Assembly (NCBI GenBank): GCA_025459265.1
Contig: JALOQX010000002.1
Location: 1,945 to 65,944, forward strand
Length of the DNA: 64,000 bases
Direction of reading: 5' to 3'
Source: Pirellulaceae bacterium
Lineage (GTDB): Bacteria; Planctomycetota; Planctomycetia; Pirellulales; Pirellulaceae
In this document: positions 37,470-47,800 of the stretch, piece after piece
How the letters are laid out: each line of letters starts with the position of its first letter
Numbering within the stretch: position 1 is the stretch's first letter
The notes under the pieces: generated by a model
Databases searched by the model: none
What the model saw: the letters and a program-made list of their open reading frames with translations, nothing else
Told to the model about the DNA's origin: nothing
Program-made: the position numbers and the translations under genes

Positions 37470-39182
37470 TCACGTGGCCAGCTGGGTGGACTTGTCTCGT
37501 TGCTGGCGGTAGTACTTCAGGCCTGGGAAGAAGAAGCAGGCCGCCGAGACGATGCCGAAGATCAGATGTTCGTAGCTCGGCCACACCGCCATCAGACCCG
37601 CGGCCACGAACATCGCCCCCGCCTGAATGTAGAACACGCCGGAGAGAATGCCGGCCTTGATCAGGAACACCATGCCGGCGATCAGGCCCAGCACGGGGGA
37701 GAGTTTGAGCGGGGGGAGGCCGAGGTAGGCTTCCAGCGGGAAGAGCGCGATGATGCTGACCAGGGCCGCCGCCCAGATATGCGCAATCTGCCGCTCAACA
37801 AACGTCACGGGTCCCTGGCGATGCCGCAGGGCCCAGAACACGGCGGCCCAGGTCCCGAACCCGGCCGTCCACAAATAGAAGTAGTACCACCGGTTCGTCA
37901 CGCCGTTCCAGAACAGCACGTTGGTCGCGAGGCAGGCGACCAGCAGCGCCAGGCTGTGCCACATCCAGAGCACGCCCCAGTTCTCGAGCACCGTGGCATG
38001 GTGCGTCTCACGGAACCAGCGCGAAATGACTTGCGGGAACCGGCCCGTGCGGGCCGCAATCGGTTCATGGTTCAAGTAGGCTTCCAGATCGTCCGCCAGT
38101 GTGCCGGCGGTCGGGTACCGCAGATCGGGCGGCTTCTGCAGGCACCGCACCGCGATCAGCTCCAGGTCGCGGTCCACCTGGCGGTTGAGTTGCCGCGGCG
38201 GCACCGGCTCCTGCTCGATCACCTGCATGACGGCGTTGACCGGCGAGGCGGCCGGAAAGGGCGGTTGGCCCGTCAGCATGTGGTAGAGGATCGCGCCCAG
38301 GCTGTACACGTCGCTGCCGGGACCGACGCGGCGGCTGCCGGCCGCTTGTTCGGGGGACATGTAGGCCGGCGTGCCGACGACGGCACCGGAATGGGTCATG
38401 CTGTGTGGGTCGGTCAGTTGTTTGGCCAGTCCGAAATCCGTCACGTGCGGCTGGCCGGCTTCGTCGATCAGGATGTTCGACGGCTTGAGATCACGGTGCA
38501 GCACGCCCTGGCGGTGAGCGAAGTCGATGGCGCGGCTCACCTGGGCCAACAGCCTGGCCGCCTGTTGCGGCGGCAGCGGGCCCTCTTTGAGCAGGTCCGA
38601 GAGGGTCGGGCCCTTGATGTACTTCATGCTGAAGTACATCCGGCCGCGATCTTCTCCGACCTGATGGACCGGCACGATGCCCTCATGATCCAGCCGCGCA
38701 GCGGCCTGCGCCTCGGCGAGGAATCGCTCGCGATCTCCGCGTGAGGCGAGCGCACCGCGCAGGATCATCTTGACGGCCAGCTCGCGGTTGAGATTCACCT
38801 GCCGGGCGAGGTAGACGACGCCCATGCCGCCGCGGCCGATTTCCTCCAATAACTCGTAGTCGCCGACCCGCGCGGGCATCGTGTCGGCGTCCGACAGCAC
38901 ATCCGACTCGGCCTCCGCCGCGCTGCCGCGCGCCGCCGACCCGACCGCGTCGGCGACCAGCACCGCGCCCCACAGCTGCCGGAGTTCGGGAGCCAGGTCG
39001 GGATGCGCGCGGCACACGGCGTCGAGCTCGACGGCCTCGCCGCGCTGGGCCCGCTCCGACAGCTCCGACAACAGACGCGCCAGCCGCTGGTCGCGCTGCG
39101 ACACCGGGTCGTCCGCGTCTGACCAGAGTTCCGAAGCCGCATTCACGTTGAGCACCCTGCCGTGCGGAGCACCCTCATTCAC
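37470..39182 (-). CDS. Ser/Thr protein kinase with a C-terminal polytopic membrane domain
   Basis: The motifs are GRGGMGVVYLA, AVKMI, HRDLKPSNILI, DFGLAK and YMSPEQ. About six hydrophobic helices follow in the last ~190 aa. The GTG start overlaps the sigma-factor stop as GTGA. Confidence 0.9.
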   Translation of the reverse strand: MNEGAPHGRVLNVNAASELWSDADDPVSQRDQRLARLLSELSERAQRGEAVELDAVCRAHPDLAPELRQLWGAVLVADAVGSAARGSAAEAESDVLSDADTMPARVGDYELLEEIGRGGMGVVYLARQVNLNRELAVKMILRGALASRGDRERFLAEAQAAARLDHEGIVPVHQVGEDRGRMYFSMKYIKGPTLSDLLKEGPLPPQQAARLLAQVSRAIDFAHRQGVLHRDLKPSNILIDEAGQPHVTDFGLAKQLTDPHSMTHSGAVVGTPAYMSPEQAAGSRRVGPGSDVYSLGAILYHMLTGQPPFPAASPVNAVMQVIEQEPVPPRQLNRQVDRDLELIAVRCLQKPPDLRYPTAGTLADDLEAYLNHEPIAARTGRFPQVISRWFRETHHATVLENWGVLWMWHSLALLVACLATNVLFWNGVTNRWYYFYLWTAGFGTWAAVFWALRHRQGPVTFVERQIAHIWAAALVSIIALFPLEAYLGLPPLKLSPVLGLIAGMVFLIKAGILSGVFYIQAGAMFVAAGLMAVWPSYEHLIFGIVSAACFFFPGLKYYRQQRDKSTQLAT

Positions 39183-39838
39183 ATCGAGTCGTTGTCGGCC
39201 GCCGGCGCGTGACCGGCTCGTGACGACTCGAGCAGCAGAGCGCGGAGGCGGCGGACCGCCCGCAGATAACGCATGCTGGCGGCCGGTTCGCTCAGCCCCA
39301 GCACTTCGGCCACCTCCATGTTGGACAACTGCTCGTAGTGCCGCATGACGATGATCTCGCAGTCCTGCTCGCCCAGCTGTCCCAGCGCCTGCTCGACCAG
39401 CTGCGCCATCTCCTGGCGCGTCGCCGCCGCCGCCGGCGTCAGCTCGGGGTCCTGCACGTGCAGGGCGAGCTGATACGTCGAGCGATCCGTAGCTGCCGGG
39501 ACCGCCAACGATTGTTCCCGATCCACGCTGCGCTTGGCAGAAGCCCGATGCCGTCGGTGGGCATCAATGATGCGGTCCTTGGCGATCTGACGCACCCACA
39601 GGTGAAACGACATCGCGGGATTATCCAGGTACTGGGGCAGACGCCGATTCGCTTCCACCAGCACGTCCTGCACGATGTCGCTCACGTCCACGCGACCCTG
39701 GATCTTCTGGTCCAGCCGCAGGTGCACCATCCGCCGCAGCGCCTGGCGATGACGCTCCAACAACCGATTCACCGCGCCATCATCGCCCTGCCGCGCACCG
39801 CTGAGCAACTCCTGGGTCTTGAACTGGTCCGGCCACAT
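39179..39838 (-). CDS. ECF-type RNA polymerase sigma factor (planctomycete/verrucomicrobial-type long ECF)
   Basis: The N-terminus reads ELLSGARQGDDGAVNRLLERH. Region 2 is DVSDIVQDVLVEA and region 4 is EIIVMRHYEQLSNMEVAEVLGLSEPAASMRY. Confidence 0.88.
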   Translation of the reverse strand: MWPDQFKTQELLSGARQGDDGAVNRLLERHRQALRRMVHLRLDQKIQGRVDVSDIVQDVLVEANRRLPQYLDNPAMSFHLWVRQIAKDRIIDAHRRHRASAKRSVDREQSLAVPAATDRSTYQLALHVQDPELTPAAAATRQEMAQLVEQALGQLGEQDCEIIVMRHYEQLSNMEVAEVLGLSEPAASMRYLRAVRRLRALLLESSRAGHAPAADNDSM

Positions 39839-39869
39839 GGCTCCTATTATCGCTTACCGTCCCCTCGGC

Positions 39870-41057
39870 TCACAAGTGCCGCCGCAGGGCGCGGCAGAGC
39901 GCCTGGATGTGGCCTGGTGTGTTGTACAGATGGCAGGACACGCGCAGGTAGAACTGGCCGGCCCACTCCATCACCGGCACCTCGATCCCGTCCCGCTCGC
40001 TCAAAGCCCGCTGCAGCGCCGGCGCGTCGAGCGGAGGCAGTGGCAGGGACACCATCGAGCCGTACCAGGTCGGGCTGTCGGGCACCGGCGGCGTCAACCC
40101 CGTCAGCGCACCGATCCGCTCGCGCGCATACTGCGCCAGTGCGTGCGTCCGATGGCGAAACGCCGACAGGCCCACGCGGCGAAGAAAACCGATCGCGTCC
40201 GGCACCGCAAAGAACCCGGACGGGTCCCGCGTGCCCGTCCAGATGTGCTCGTCGCTCCAACGCCGCGGCGACTCGGGCGGGAGCCGGCCCCAGCTCAACA
40301 GCACCGGCTCGAACCCCGCCTGCTGCCGCGGATGCACGGCCAGGAAACCCGAGCCGAAGGGGGCGGACAGCCACTTGTGACAGCTGGCCGCGTAGAAGTC
40401 GCAGTCGAGCGCCGCGATCTCCAGCGGCAGTTGGGCAATCGCGTGCGGGCCGTCGACACATACGGCGATGCCACGCCGCCGCGCCTCGCGACAGATCGCC
40501 AACACCGGCAGGATCACCGCCGTCGGCGACGTGATGTGACTGACCACCACCAGCTTCGTGTGCTCGTGGACCGCTGCAAACAGCGTGTCCACGACCTGGT
40601 CCGCAGACTCAAACTGCGGCGGCAAGACGGCGGTGACCGGCCCTGCCGTGCCGGCACGCCGACACGCCCGTTCCCAGATCCGCCGTACCGCACCGTACTC
40701 GTGATCGGTCAGCACCACTTCGTCACCCGGCCGCAGCACCACGTGGGCGGCCACGAGGTTCATCGCCGCCGTGGCGTTCTCCACCAGGATCACGTCTTCG
40801 GCCGCCGCGCCTACAAAGGCAGCCAGCGTCGAGCGTGCAGCGAACCACTGCGCTGCGAACCGCCGCACGAACAGGTCCATCGGCTGCGCATCGAGTTGCC
40901 ACTGCCAGGCCTGCCGAGCCGCCTGTACCGCGCGGGGCGGCGGACCGAACGAACCATGGTTCAGGTAGATCGTGCCCGCACGCAACGCCCAGTGGCCCTG
41001 CCAGCAGCCCCACGCCTCGGCATCGTCCCACGGGGGAACGGTCAAGTCACGGAACAT
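39870..41057 (-). CDS. Class V aminotransferase (isopenicillin-N-epimerase / cysteine desulfurase-like)
   Basis: The motifs IYLNHGSFGPPP and the PLP lysine in ASCHKWLSAPFGSGFL are present. The ATG 41057 start overlaps the upstream OMP gene by 11 nt. Confidence 0.85.
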   Translation of the reverse strand: MFRDLTVPPWDDAEAWGCWQGHWALRAGTIYLNHGSFGPPPRAVQAARQAWQWQLDAQPMDLFVRRFAAQWFAARSTLAAFVGAAAEDVILVENATAAMNLVAAHVVLRPGDEVVLTDHEYGAVRRIWERACRRAGTAGPVTAVLPPQFESADQVVDTLFAAVHEHTKLVVVSHITSPTAVILPVLAICREARRRGIAVCVDGPHAIAQLPLEIAALDCDFYAASCHKWLSAPFGSGFLAVHPRQQAGFEPVLLSWGRLPPESPRRWSDEHIWTGTRDPSGFFAVPDAIGFLRRVGLSAFRHRTHALAQYARERIGALTGLTPPVPDSPTWYGSMVSLPLPPLDAPALQRALSERDGIEVPVMEWAGQFYLRVSCHLYNTPGHIQALCRALRRHL

Positions 41058-42678
41058 CGGTCGCCTGCTGCTCGGACGGCGCCTGGGATGCCGCGGCACC
41101 CGCCGCCCCCTCGGCCGAGACAGAGTTGCTCAGCCGTGACTGCCAGCCGCCCCCCAGGGCCTTGTAGACCGCCACCAGATTGATCGCCACCTTGCCCTGA
41201 CTCTGCGCCAACGCGTCGTCCTGCAGGACCAGGGCTCGCTGCGAGTCCAAGACACGCTGATAGTCAATCACTCCCTGCTCGTACAGGTTGAGTCCGATCT
41301 CCAGCGAGCGGGTGACGTCCGCGACCGCCTGACGCAGGAATTTGACGCGCTGCTGCTCGCGCAGGTAACCCGTAATCGCGTCCTCCGCCTCCCTGTGGGC
41401 CGCCAGCACCGACTGCTGATAAGCGAGTGCCTCCTGCTGGAAGCGGGCGTCCTGGGCGCGGACATGGTTGAGAATCCGGCCGTAATTGAGAATGTTCCAC
41501 TGCAGTCCCGGCCCGACGCGCCCCCCCAGACTCGACCAGCGGAACAGATCGCTGAACTGCTCAGCCTGAAACGAAATCGTGCCGGTCAGCGCCAAATGCG
41601 GATAGAACTCCGCCGCAGCCACGCCGATCCGCGCCGATTGCGCCGCCACCTGCCGCTCGGCCCGCCGCACATCGGGGCGCCGCCGCAACAGGTCGGCGGG
41701 AATCCCCACCACGACTTCCGGCGGCGGGGCCGGGATCGCGGCCGGTTGGTCCAACAAGGGATCGAGACTGCCAGGTGTCGTCCCCAGGAGGAGGCAGAGC
41801 GTATTGCGCATCCGACGGCGCGCTTCCTCAAACTGCGGGACCAGAGACTCCGTGACGGCCAGCAGGGCCGATGCCTGCCGCACGTCCAGTTCGCTCACGA
41901 TACCCTCCTGGAACCGCCGCTCGATAATTTCCAACGCGCCTCGCTGCAGCGCGACGTTGTTGCGCGTGTAAACCAGTTGCTCCTCAATCGTTCGCAACTG
42001 CACGTACGTCGCCGCCACCTCGGCCTGCAGGATCACAAGCACATCGTCGTAGTCCTCGACCTGCGCCTCCAGGTGCGCGTCCGCGGCCTCAATCCCCCGC
42101 CGAAACCGCCCCCAGAGGTCCAGTTCCCAGGCCATGTCAAACCCGACACCCCAGTCGTCAAACTCCCGGTTGCCGGGAAACTGGCCGAACGGATACATGT
42201 TGTCGCTGAACTTGCTCCGCGAGTACGTGCCCGTCATGCGCTGACTCTGCGGCCACAGGCTTCCCGCCGCCATGCCCCGCTGAGCACGTGCCTCGAGAAT
42301 CCGCCAGCCGGCGCTCTGCAGCGGCAAGTTCTGCTCGCACGCGGATGTGACGAGCCTGTCGAGGACGGGGTCGCGAAACACCGTCCACCACGCGCTGTAG
42401 TCCGCCTCGCCAGGGCGCAGGCTGGGGTCGGCGCCGTCCAGCCACGCCGAGGCTACCGGGGTGGCCGGGCGGCCATAGTTCGGACCGACCTTGAACCCGT
42501 TGTGCCACCACTGGCGGGTCGACGTGCAACCGGACAAGCCAGACAGCAGGACAACGAACCCCAGCACGATCCCCACGCGGCACGGCACGCAACCGCGCCG
42601 CCGCCACCTCGCTCGGTTGACTCTTCGTCCAGGTCGATCCGGCCCCGCTCCGGACGGTGCTCTGCGGCAACTGGGCAT
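41047..42678 (-). CDS. RND efflux outer membrane factor lipoprotein (NodT/TolC family)
   Basis: It has the lipobox LLSGLSGC, two TolC-like repeats and conserved N-terminal GPNYGRP. The true start may be downstream of 42678. Confidence 0.88.
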   Translation of the reverse strand: MPSCRRAPSGAGPDRPGRRVNRARWRRRGCVPCRVGIVLGFVVLLSGLSGCTSTRQWWHNGFKVGPNYGRPATPVASAWLDGADPSLRPGEADYSAWWTVFRDPVLDRLVTSACEQNLPLQSAGWRILEARAQRGMAAGSLWPQSQRMTGTYSRSKFSDNMYPFGQFPGNREFDDWGVGFDMAWELDLWGRFRRGIEAADAHLEAQVEDYDDVLVILQAEVAATYVQLRTIEEQLVYTRNNVALQRGALEIIERRFQEGIVSELDVRQASALLAVTESLVPQFEEARRRMRNTLCLLLGTTPGSLDPLLDQPAAIPAPPPEVVVGIPADLLRRRPDVRRAERQVAAQSARIGVAAAEFYPHLALTGTISFQAEQFSDLFRWSSLGGRVGPGLQWNILNYGRILNHVRAQDARFQQEALAYQQSVLAAHREAEDAITGYLREQQRVKFLRQAVADVTRSLEIGLNLYEQGVIDYQRVLDSQRALVLQDDALAQSQGKVAINLVAVYKALGGGWQSRLSNSVSAEGAAGAAASQAPSEQQATDVP

Positions 42679-42806
42679 CCGACCACGCCCTCCTTGTGCG
42701 AAGAACCGCTATTTCCGGCACGCGCGCATCATCCGCGCTGTGTGGAATCATCGGCATAATCCGCGCAGATGATGACCATAAGTTCTCCTAAATGAATTCA
42801 TCGGTA

Positions 42807-42850
42807 TTGACGAAGTACTGTATGGTCACCTAAGATGACTTCACAGTCAT
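42807..42850 (+). promoter_or_regulatory. Candidate promoter (TTGACG-N18-TAAGAT) and overlapping 6-4-6 palindromic operator for the tetR-MFP-RND operon
   Basis: ttgacg lies at 42807..42812 and taagat at 42831..42836. The palindrome atgact-tcac-agtcat lies at 42835..42850. The patch is AT-rich and sits between divergent genes. Confidence 0.35.
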
Positions 42851-42904
42851 TGTCTTAGTCGCAAGAGTCGTTTTCTGTGGCGGCGGATGCAGGGGAGCAG
42901 GGCC

Positions 42905-43558
42905 ATGGCGAGCCTGTCGCAGCGGCGCAAGGAGCTGCTGGATTCCATGATGCGTGATGCGGTGTACGAGGGTGCCGTCGCGGTGCTGACCCGACACGGG
43001 TTGAACGGCACGACGATGGACCGCGTGGCGGAGGCCGCCGGCATGGCGAAGGGGAGCCTGTACAACCGGTTTCGCAGCAAGCAGGAGCTATTGGAGTTCG
43101 TGCACGAGCGGGCGGTGACGCCGATGCGTGAGGCGTTGGCCGAGATCGTTCAGGACGAGATGGGGGCGGCGGAGAAGTTGGTAGCGATTTCGCGGATCTG
43201 GCGGGAGTACTTGGGGGCGCATCGGGCGGTCTTTGAGTTTTTGATCAGCGACCTGGCGGCGCATCGGTTACTCAAGGACACCGCGCAAACTTCGCGCAGC
43301 TCGGTGGTCGACGACATGGCGACGATCGTGGAGCAGGGGATGCGCGAGGGGGTATTTCGGTCGATAGATGCCCGGGCGGTGGCGGAGATGTTTGTCAGCG
43401 CGTCGATCGGGATGGTGGAGCAGGAGTTTGCACGGGGCCAGCCCCGGTCGATCGACGACGCGGTGGAGGTGCTGCTCGGTGTGTTCTTGCGGGGACTATC
43501 GGTATCCGGGCCCGCGTATGCGAGTTCCGGGTTGGGGGGTGATACAGATGAGCGCTAA
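42905..43558 (+). CDS. TetR-family transcriptional regulator
   Basis: The N-terminal HTH reads TTMDRVAEAAGMAKGSLYNRFRSKQELL. The start is ATG 42905, or ATG 42887 in the ORF track. Confidence 0.9.
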   Translation: MASLSQRRKELLDSMMRDAVYEGAVAVLTRHGLNGTTMDRVAEAAGMAKGSLYNRFRSKQELLEFVHERAVTPMREALAEIVQDEMGAAEKLVAISRIWREYLGAHRAVFEFLISDLAAHRLLKDTAQTSRSSVVDDMATIVEQGMREGVFRSIDARAVAEMFVSASIGMVEQEFARGQPRSIDDAVEVLLGVFLRGLSVSGPAYASSGLGGDTDER

Positions 43559-44816
43559 GCACGACGGGGGGAACGCTGCCGCTACGGCCGCGCGGAGATC
43601 GCGCGCTTGGACCGGTGTGATACGCACGGTGGTCACTGTGGTTGGGCTGGTTGTCTTGGCGTTGGTGGGGCTCGCGGTCCAGGCGTTGTGGCCGGCGGCG
43701 CGGGCGACCGGCGACACGGGAGCCGCGGCACCCAGCGAAAAGCAGGTCTCGGTGGTGCTGACGGCGGCCCGGGAGATGGCGTTTCCTCAGGCGGCGGTTG
43801 TGTCGGGCTCGGTGCAGGCGAAGAACTATGCGCTGGTATCGGCCCGGGTGCCCGGTTCGTTGGACGCTGTGTTTGTCGACGAGGGGGACGTGGTGGAGGC
43901 GGGCCGGACGAAGTTGTTTCAGACGGACTCGCTGAAACTGACCAAGGCGGTCGCGATCGCGCGCCAGGGGCTGCAGGTGGCGGAGTTGTCGGTCAAGGAG
44001 AAGGCGGCGAGTCTGGAACAGGTTCAGGCGGACCGGCAGCTGGCCGAGGTCGACCTGGAGCGCTATCGCAACCTGGTCCGCGACAACGCGATCCCGCGGC
44101 AGTTGTTTGACCAGCAGGAGACGCGGGCGACGCAGGCCGGGGCGATGGTCAAACATGCGGAGGCGCTGCTGGAGCTGGACAAAGCCAAGCTGGCGCAGGC
44201 TGAGGAGTCGCTGCTGATGGCCGAGAAGGATTTGGCCGATTCACTGGTGGTCGCGCCGATTTCCGGGCGCGTCTCCGAGCGGTTCAAGGAGCCGGGCGAG
44301 ATGGCGGCGCCGGGGACGCCCGTGTTGAAGATCGAGGATCTGTCCCGGTTGGAGATTTCGGTCTTTCTGCCGGAAGAGTATTTCGCGCTGGTGGTGCCGG
44401 GGCAGACGCCGCTGGAAGCGCGCGTCAGCGGCGGGGACCTGGAGGCACGGCCGGTGGCCTACAAGAGTCCCACGATCAACGCCAAGCTGCGCACGTTTGA
44501 GGTCAAGAGTCTCATCGAGTCCCCGCCGCCGGGCGTCGCTCCCGGGTGCCTGGCCGAGGTCAGGCTTGTGTTGGACCAGCGGCAGGGTGTCGGTGTGCCG
44601 ACCGCGGCGATCCAGCAGCGCGGCGGCGCCAGGGTCGTGTTCGTGGTGGAGGACGGCCGGGCGCGGATGAAGCCCGTGGAGACGGGCCGCGACAGCCAGG
44701 GTTGGACGGAAGTTCTCGCCGACGGACTGGCCGTCGGCACGCCGGTGATCAGTATGGGTCAGCAGTTGGTCACGGACGGCACACCGGTGTCCGTCGTGGC
44801 GGAGGGCACACGATGA
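43548..44816 (+). CDS. RND efflux periplasmic adaptor (membrane fusion protein)
   Basis: It has an N-terminal TM (VIRTVVTVVGLVVLALVGLAV), a coiled-coil hairpin region and beta-barrel motifs. ATG 43548 overlaps the end of tetR by 11 nt. Confidence 0.88.
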   Translation: MSAKHDGGNAAATAARRSRAWTGVIRTVVTVVGLVVLALVGLAVQALWPAARATGDTGAAAPSEKQVSVVLTAAREMAFPQAAVVSGSVQAKNYALVSARVPGSLDAVFVDEGDVVEAGRTKLFQTDSLKLTKAVAIARQGLQVAELSVKEKAASLEQVQADRQLAEVDLERYRNLVRDNAIPRQLFDQQETRATQAGAMVKHAEALLELDKAKLAQAEESLLMAEKDLADSLVVAPISGRVSERFKEPGEMAAPGTPVLKIEDLSRLEISVFLPEEYFALVVPGQTPLEARVSGGDLEARPVAYKSPTINAKLRTFEVKSLIESPPPGVAPGCLAEVRLVLDQRQGVGVPTAAIQQRGGARVVFVVEDGRARMKPVETGRDSQGWTEVLADGLAVGTPVISMGQQLVTDGTPVSVVAEGTR

Positions 44817-47800
44817 TCCTCTCGGACGTGTCGATCCGCCGCCCGGTGGCCATGAGCTGTCTGATCATCGGGCTGACCCTGTTGGGTTTCAATTCCTACC
44901 GCAAGATGGGGCTGGAATTGATGCCAAAGGCCGAAATCCCGTACGTCACGATTGTCACGGTCTATCCCGGTGCCGCGCCGGAGGAGCTGGAGACGGACGT
45001 GGCCAAGCGGATCGAAGATGCCGTCGTGTCCATCGACGGACTCAAGCACGTCAGCTCCACGTGCATGGAGAACCTCTGCCAGACGTTTCTCGAGTTCCAG
45101 ATGGGCGTGGACGTGGACATCGCGGCCACGGATGTCCGCGAGAAGCTGGATTTGATCCGGGCCGACATGCCGATCGACGTGGAAGATCCGATCATCCAGA
45201 AGTTCGACATCAATGCCAAGCCGATCGTGACCTTGGCCCTGACCGGCGACGTGCCGTTGGACGAGCTTTACGACTATGCCGACAACACGCTGCGCGACCG
45301 GCTCACCGTGATCGCCGGGGTCGCGGACGTGCAACTGATCGGTGGTGCGCAGCGGCGGGTGCATGTCGAGCTGGATCGGAATCGGCTTGCGGCCCGCGGG
45401 CTGTCGACCATGCACGTGGTGCAGGCGATCGAGCTGGCGGTCCGGACGATCCCTTCCGGCCGCGTGCGCGAGGGGACCACGGAATACGCCGTCAAGTTCG
45501 ATGCCGACTACGATCAGGTGGCGCAGTTGGCGGACCTGGAGATCGCCAACGAAAACGGACAGCGGTGTCACATCCGCGATGTCGGTGACGTGTCGTGGGC
45601 CACGGAGGAGTTGCGTCAAGCGGCGTTGCTCGACGGCCAGCCCTGCATTGCGATCAAGGTCGTCAAGAAAGCAGACGCCAACGCGGTGCAGGTCAGCGAT
45701 GCGGTCCGGGCGGGCATCCAGCGGCTGAACACCGAGCTGCCGGGCGGCATGCGGATCGACTGGATCGAGGACGACGGCACGTTCATCAAGGCCAGCAACG
45801 AGAGCGCGTGGGTGAACGTCTTTCAGGGCATCGTGCTGACCGCGGCGATCCTGTTCCTGTTCCTGTACAACCTGCGGGCGCTGCTGGTGGTCTCCATCAC
45901 GATGCCGTTGACGATCGTGATCGGGCTCTTCTTCATGCACGCCGTGGGCTACACGCTCAACACGTCGACGCTGATCGCCATCGGCATGTCGGTGGGCGTG
46001 CTGGTGACCAATTCGATCGTGGTCCTGGAAGCGATCGTCAAGCGACTCGACGAACTGGGGGACGCGCGACAGGCGGCGGCGCTGGGCGCCAAGGAGGCCT
46101 TCATCGCGGTGCTGGCCAGTGCCGGGACGAACGTCGTCGTGTTGTTCCCGTTGGCGGTGATGAAGACCCGCATCGGGCTCTTCATCGGTCCGCTGGCGAT
46201 GACAATGTTCATCATGACCGTGGTCTCGCTGTTCATTTCGTTCACGCTCACGCCGATGCTCTGTGCGCTGCTGCTCAAGCCGCGGCAGGCGGCGGCGCGC
46301 TCGCCGTTGGCGCTCCTGGAGCGGGGTTGGAACTGGGGTTTCGACGGTCTGATCGAAGGGTACCGGCGCGTGCTGCAGTTCAGCGAACGGCACCGCTGGG
46401 CGGCCGTGCTGATCATCGCCGGCGTGCTGGCGCTGTTTGTGCACTCCCTGTGGCTCGGTGGCCGGCTCGGCACGTCCGCCTTTTCCGACTCCGACCGGGG
46501 CGCCGTCTACCTGCGGCTGGAATTCCCCACGCGCTATCGGCTGGACGAAACGGTGCGCCGCGTCCGTGAGGCGGAAACCCGGATGGAGGGACTGCCCGAG
46601 AAGCGGCATATCCTGAGCACGGTCGGCAAGGTGGAGGCGATTCTGGGGCAGTCCAGTGAAGGCGTGTACCTGGCCCAGATTCTGCTCAAGTTCTCGGAGC
46701 GGACGGAGCGCACGCTGACGATCCGCGAGATCATGGACGACATTCGCGCCCGCATGGAAGGCTTTCCGGATGCGATCGTGGGCGTGAGCCAGCCGTCGAT
46801 GATCGGGGGCCAGACCAATCCAATCGAGCTGGAGATTGCCGGTGAGCAATTGGACCGGCTCGATAGCCTGGCGCGGAGGACGCAGGAGCTCGTCCAGACG
46901 CTGCCCGGCGTTCTGGATCCCGACACCAGTGTCCGTCCGGGCAAGCCGGAGATTCGCGTGCTCCCGCGGCGGTCGATCCTCAGTGACATGGGCATGCCGG
47001 TCGTGCCGCTGGGACTGACCCTGCGTGCCAACCTCGAGGGGCTCAAGGCGGGCACGTTCAAACAAGGGGCGCGCAGCTATGACATCGTGGTCAAACTGGC
47101 CGAACTGCCGGGCAAGGAACAAGTCCGCAATTTCCAGCTCCCGGGGACCGCCGGACATCCGCTGGTGCTGACCAGTCTGAGCGACGTCGTGGAACGCGAG
47201 ATGCCGATCCAGATCATCCGCAAGGATAAACGCCGCGTGGCCAAACTCTATGCGCAGCTCAATGAGCAGAAACTGCCGCTCGGACTGGCGGTGACCCGGA
47301 TCAGCTCGGTCATGGATCAGCAGGTGGAGCTGCCGCCTGGCTACGGCTACAGCTTCGCGGGCACGTATGAGTTCATGGCCGAGGGGCAAGGCGGCCTGCG
47401 GGAAGCAGGCTGGATCGCCATGATGCTGGTCGTGTTGACGCTGGCTGCGATCCTGGAATCCTTCCGGCAGCCGGTCATCATCCTGGTCACGATCCCGCTG
47501 GCCGTGATCGGCACGGTCTGGGCCCTGGCCGCGGCCGGGCAGAGTTTCAGCATCTTCGTGATCATGGGCATCGTCATGATGATCGGCATCGTCGTGAACA
47601 ACGCGATTCTGATCATGGACCAGTTCAACGTGTTGGTGCAGCAGGGTGTGCACCGGCACAAGGCCATGATTCAGGCGTCGTGCGAGCGATTTCGTCCGAT
47701 CGTGATGATCACGCTCGCCGCGGTCCTGGGCATGCTGCCCATGGCGCTGGGCACAGGTATTGGAGCCGAAATGCGGACCGGTGTCGGGATCGCCTCGGTC

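Noticed and set aside
36637-37660. ORFs 36637-37038(-), 36852-37211(-) and 36905-37660(+) as coding genes in the sigma/kinase spacer.
   Set aside because: They are translations of palindromic and repeated DNA (for example GPKGRHKQVCVGPSGL from the 20-bp stem). All are R/G/P-rich, overlap one another in several frames, and have no family resemblance.
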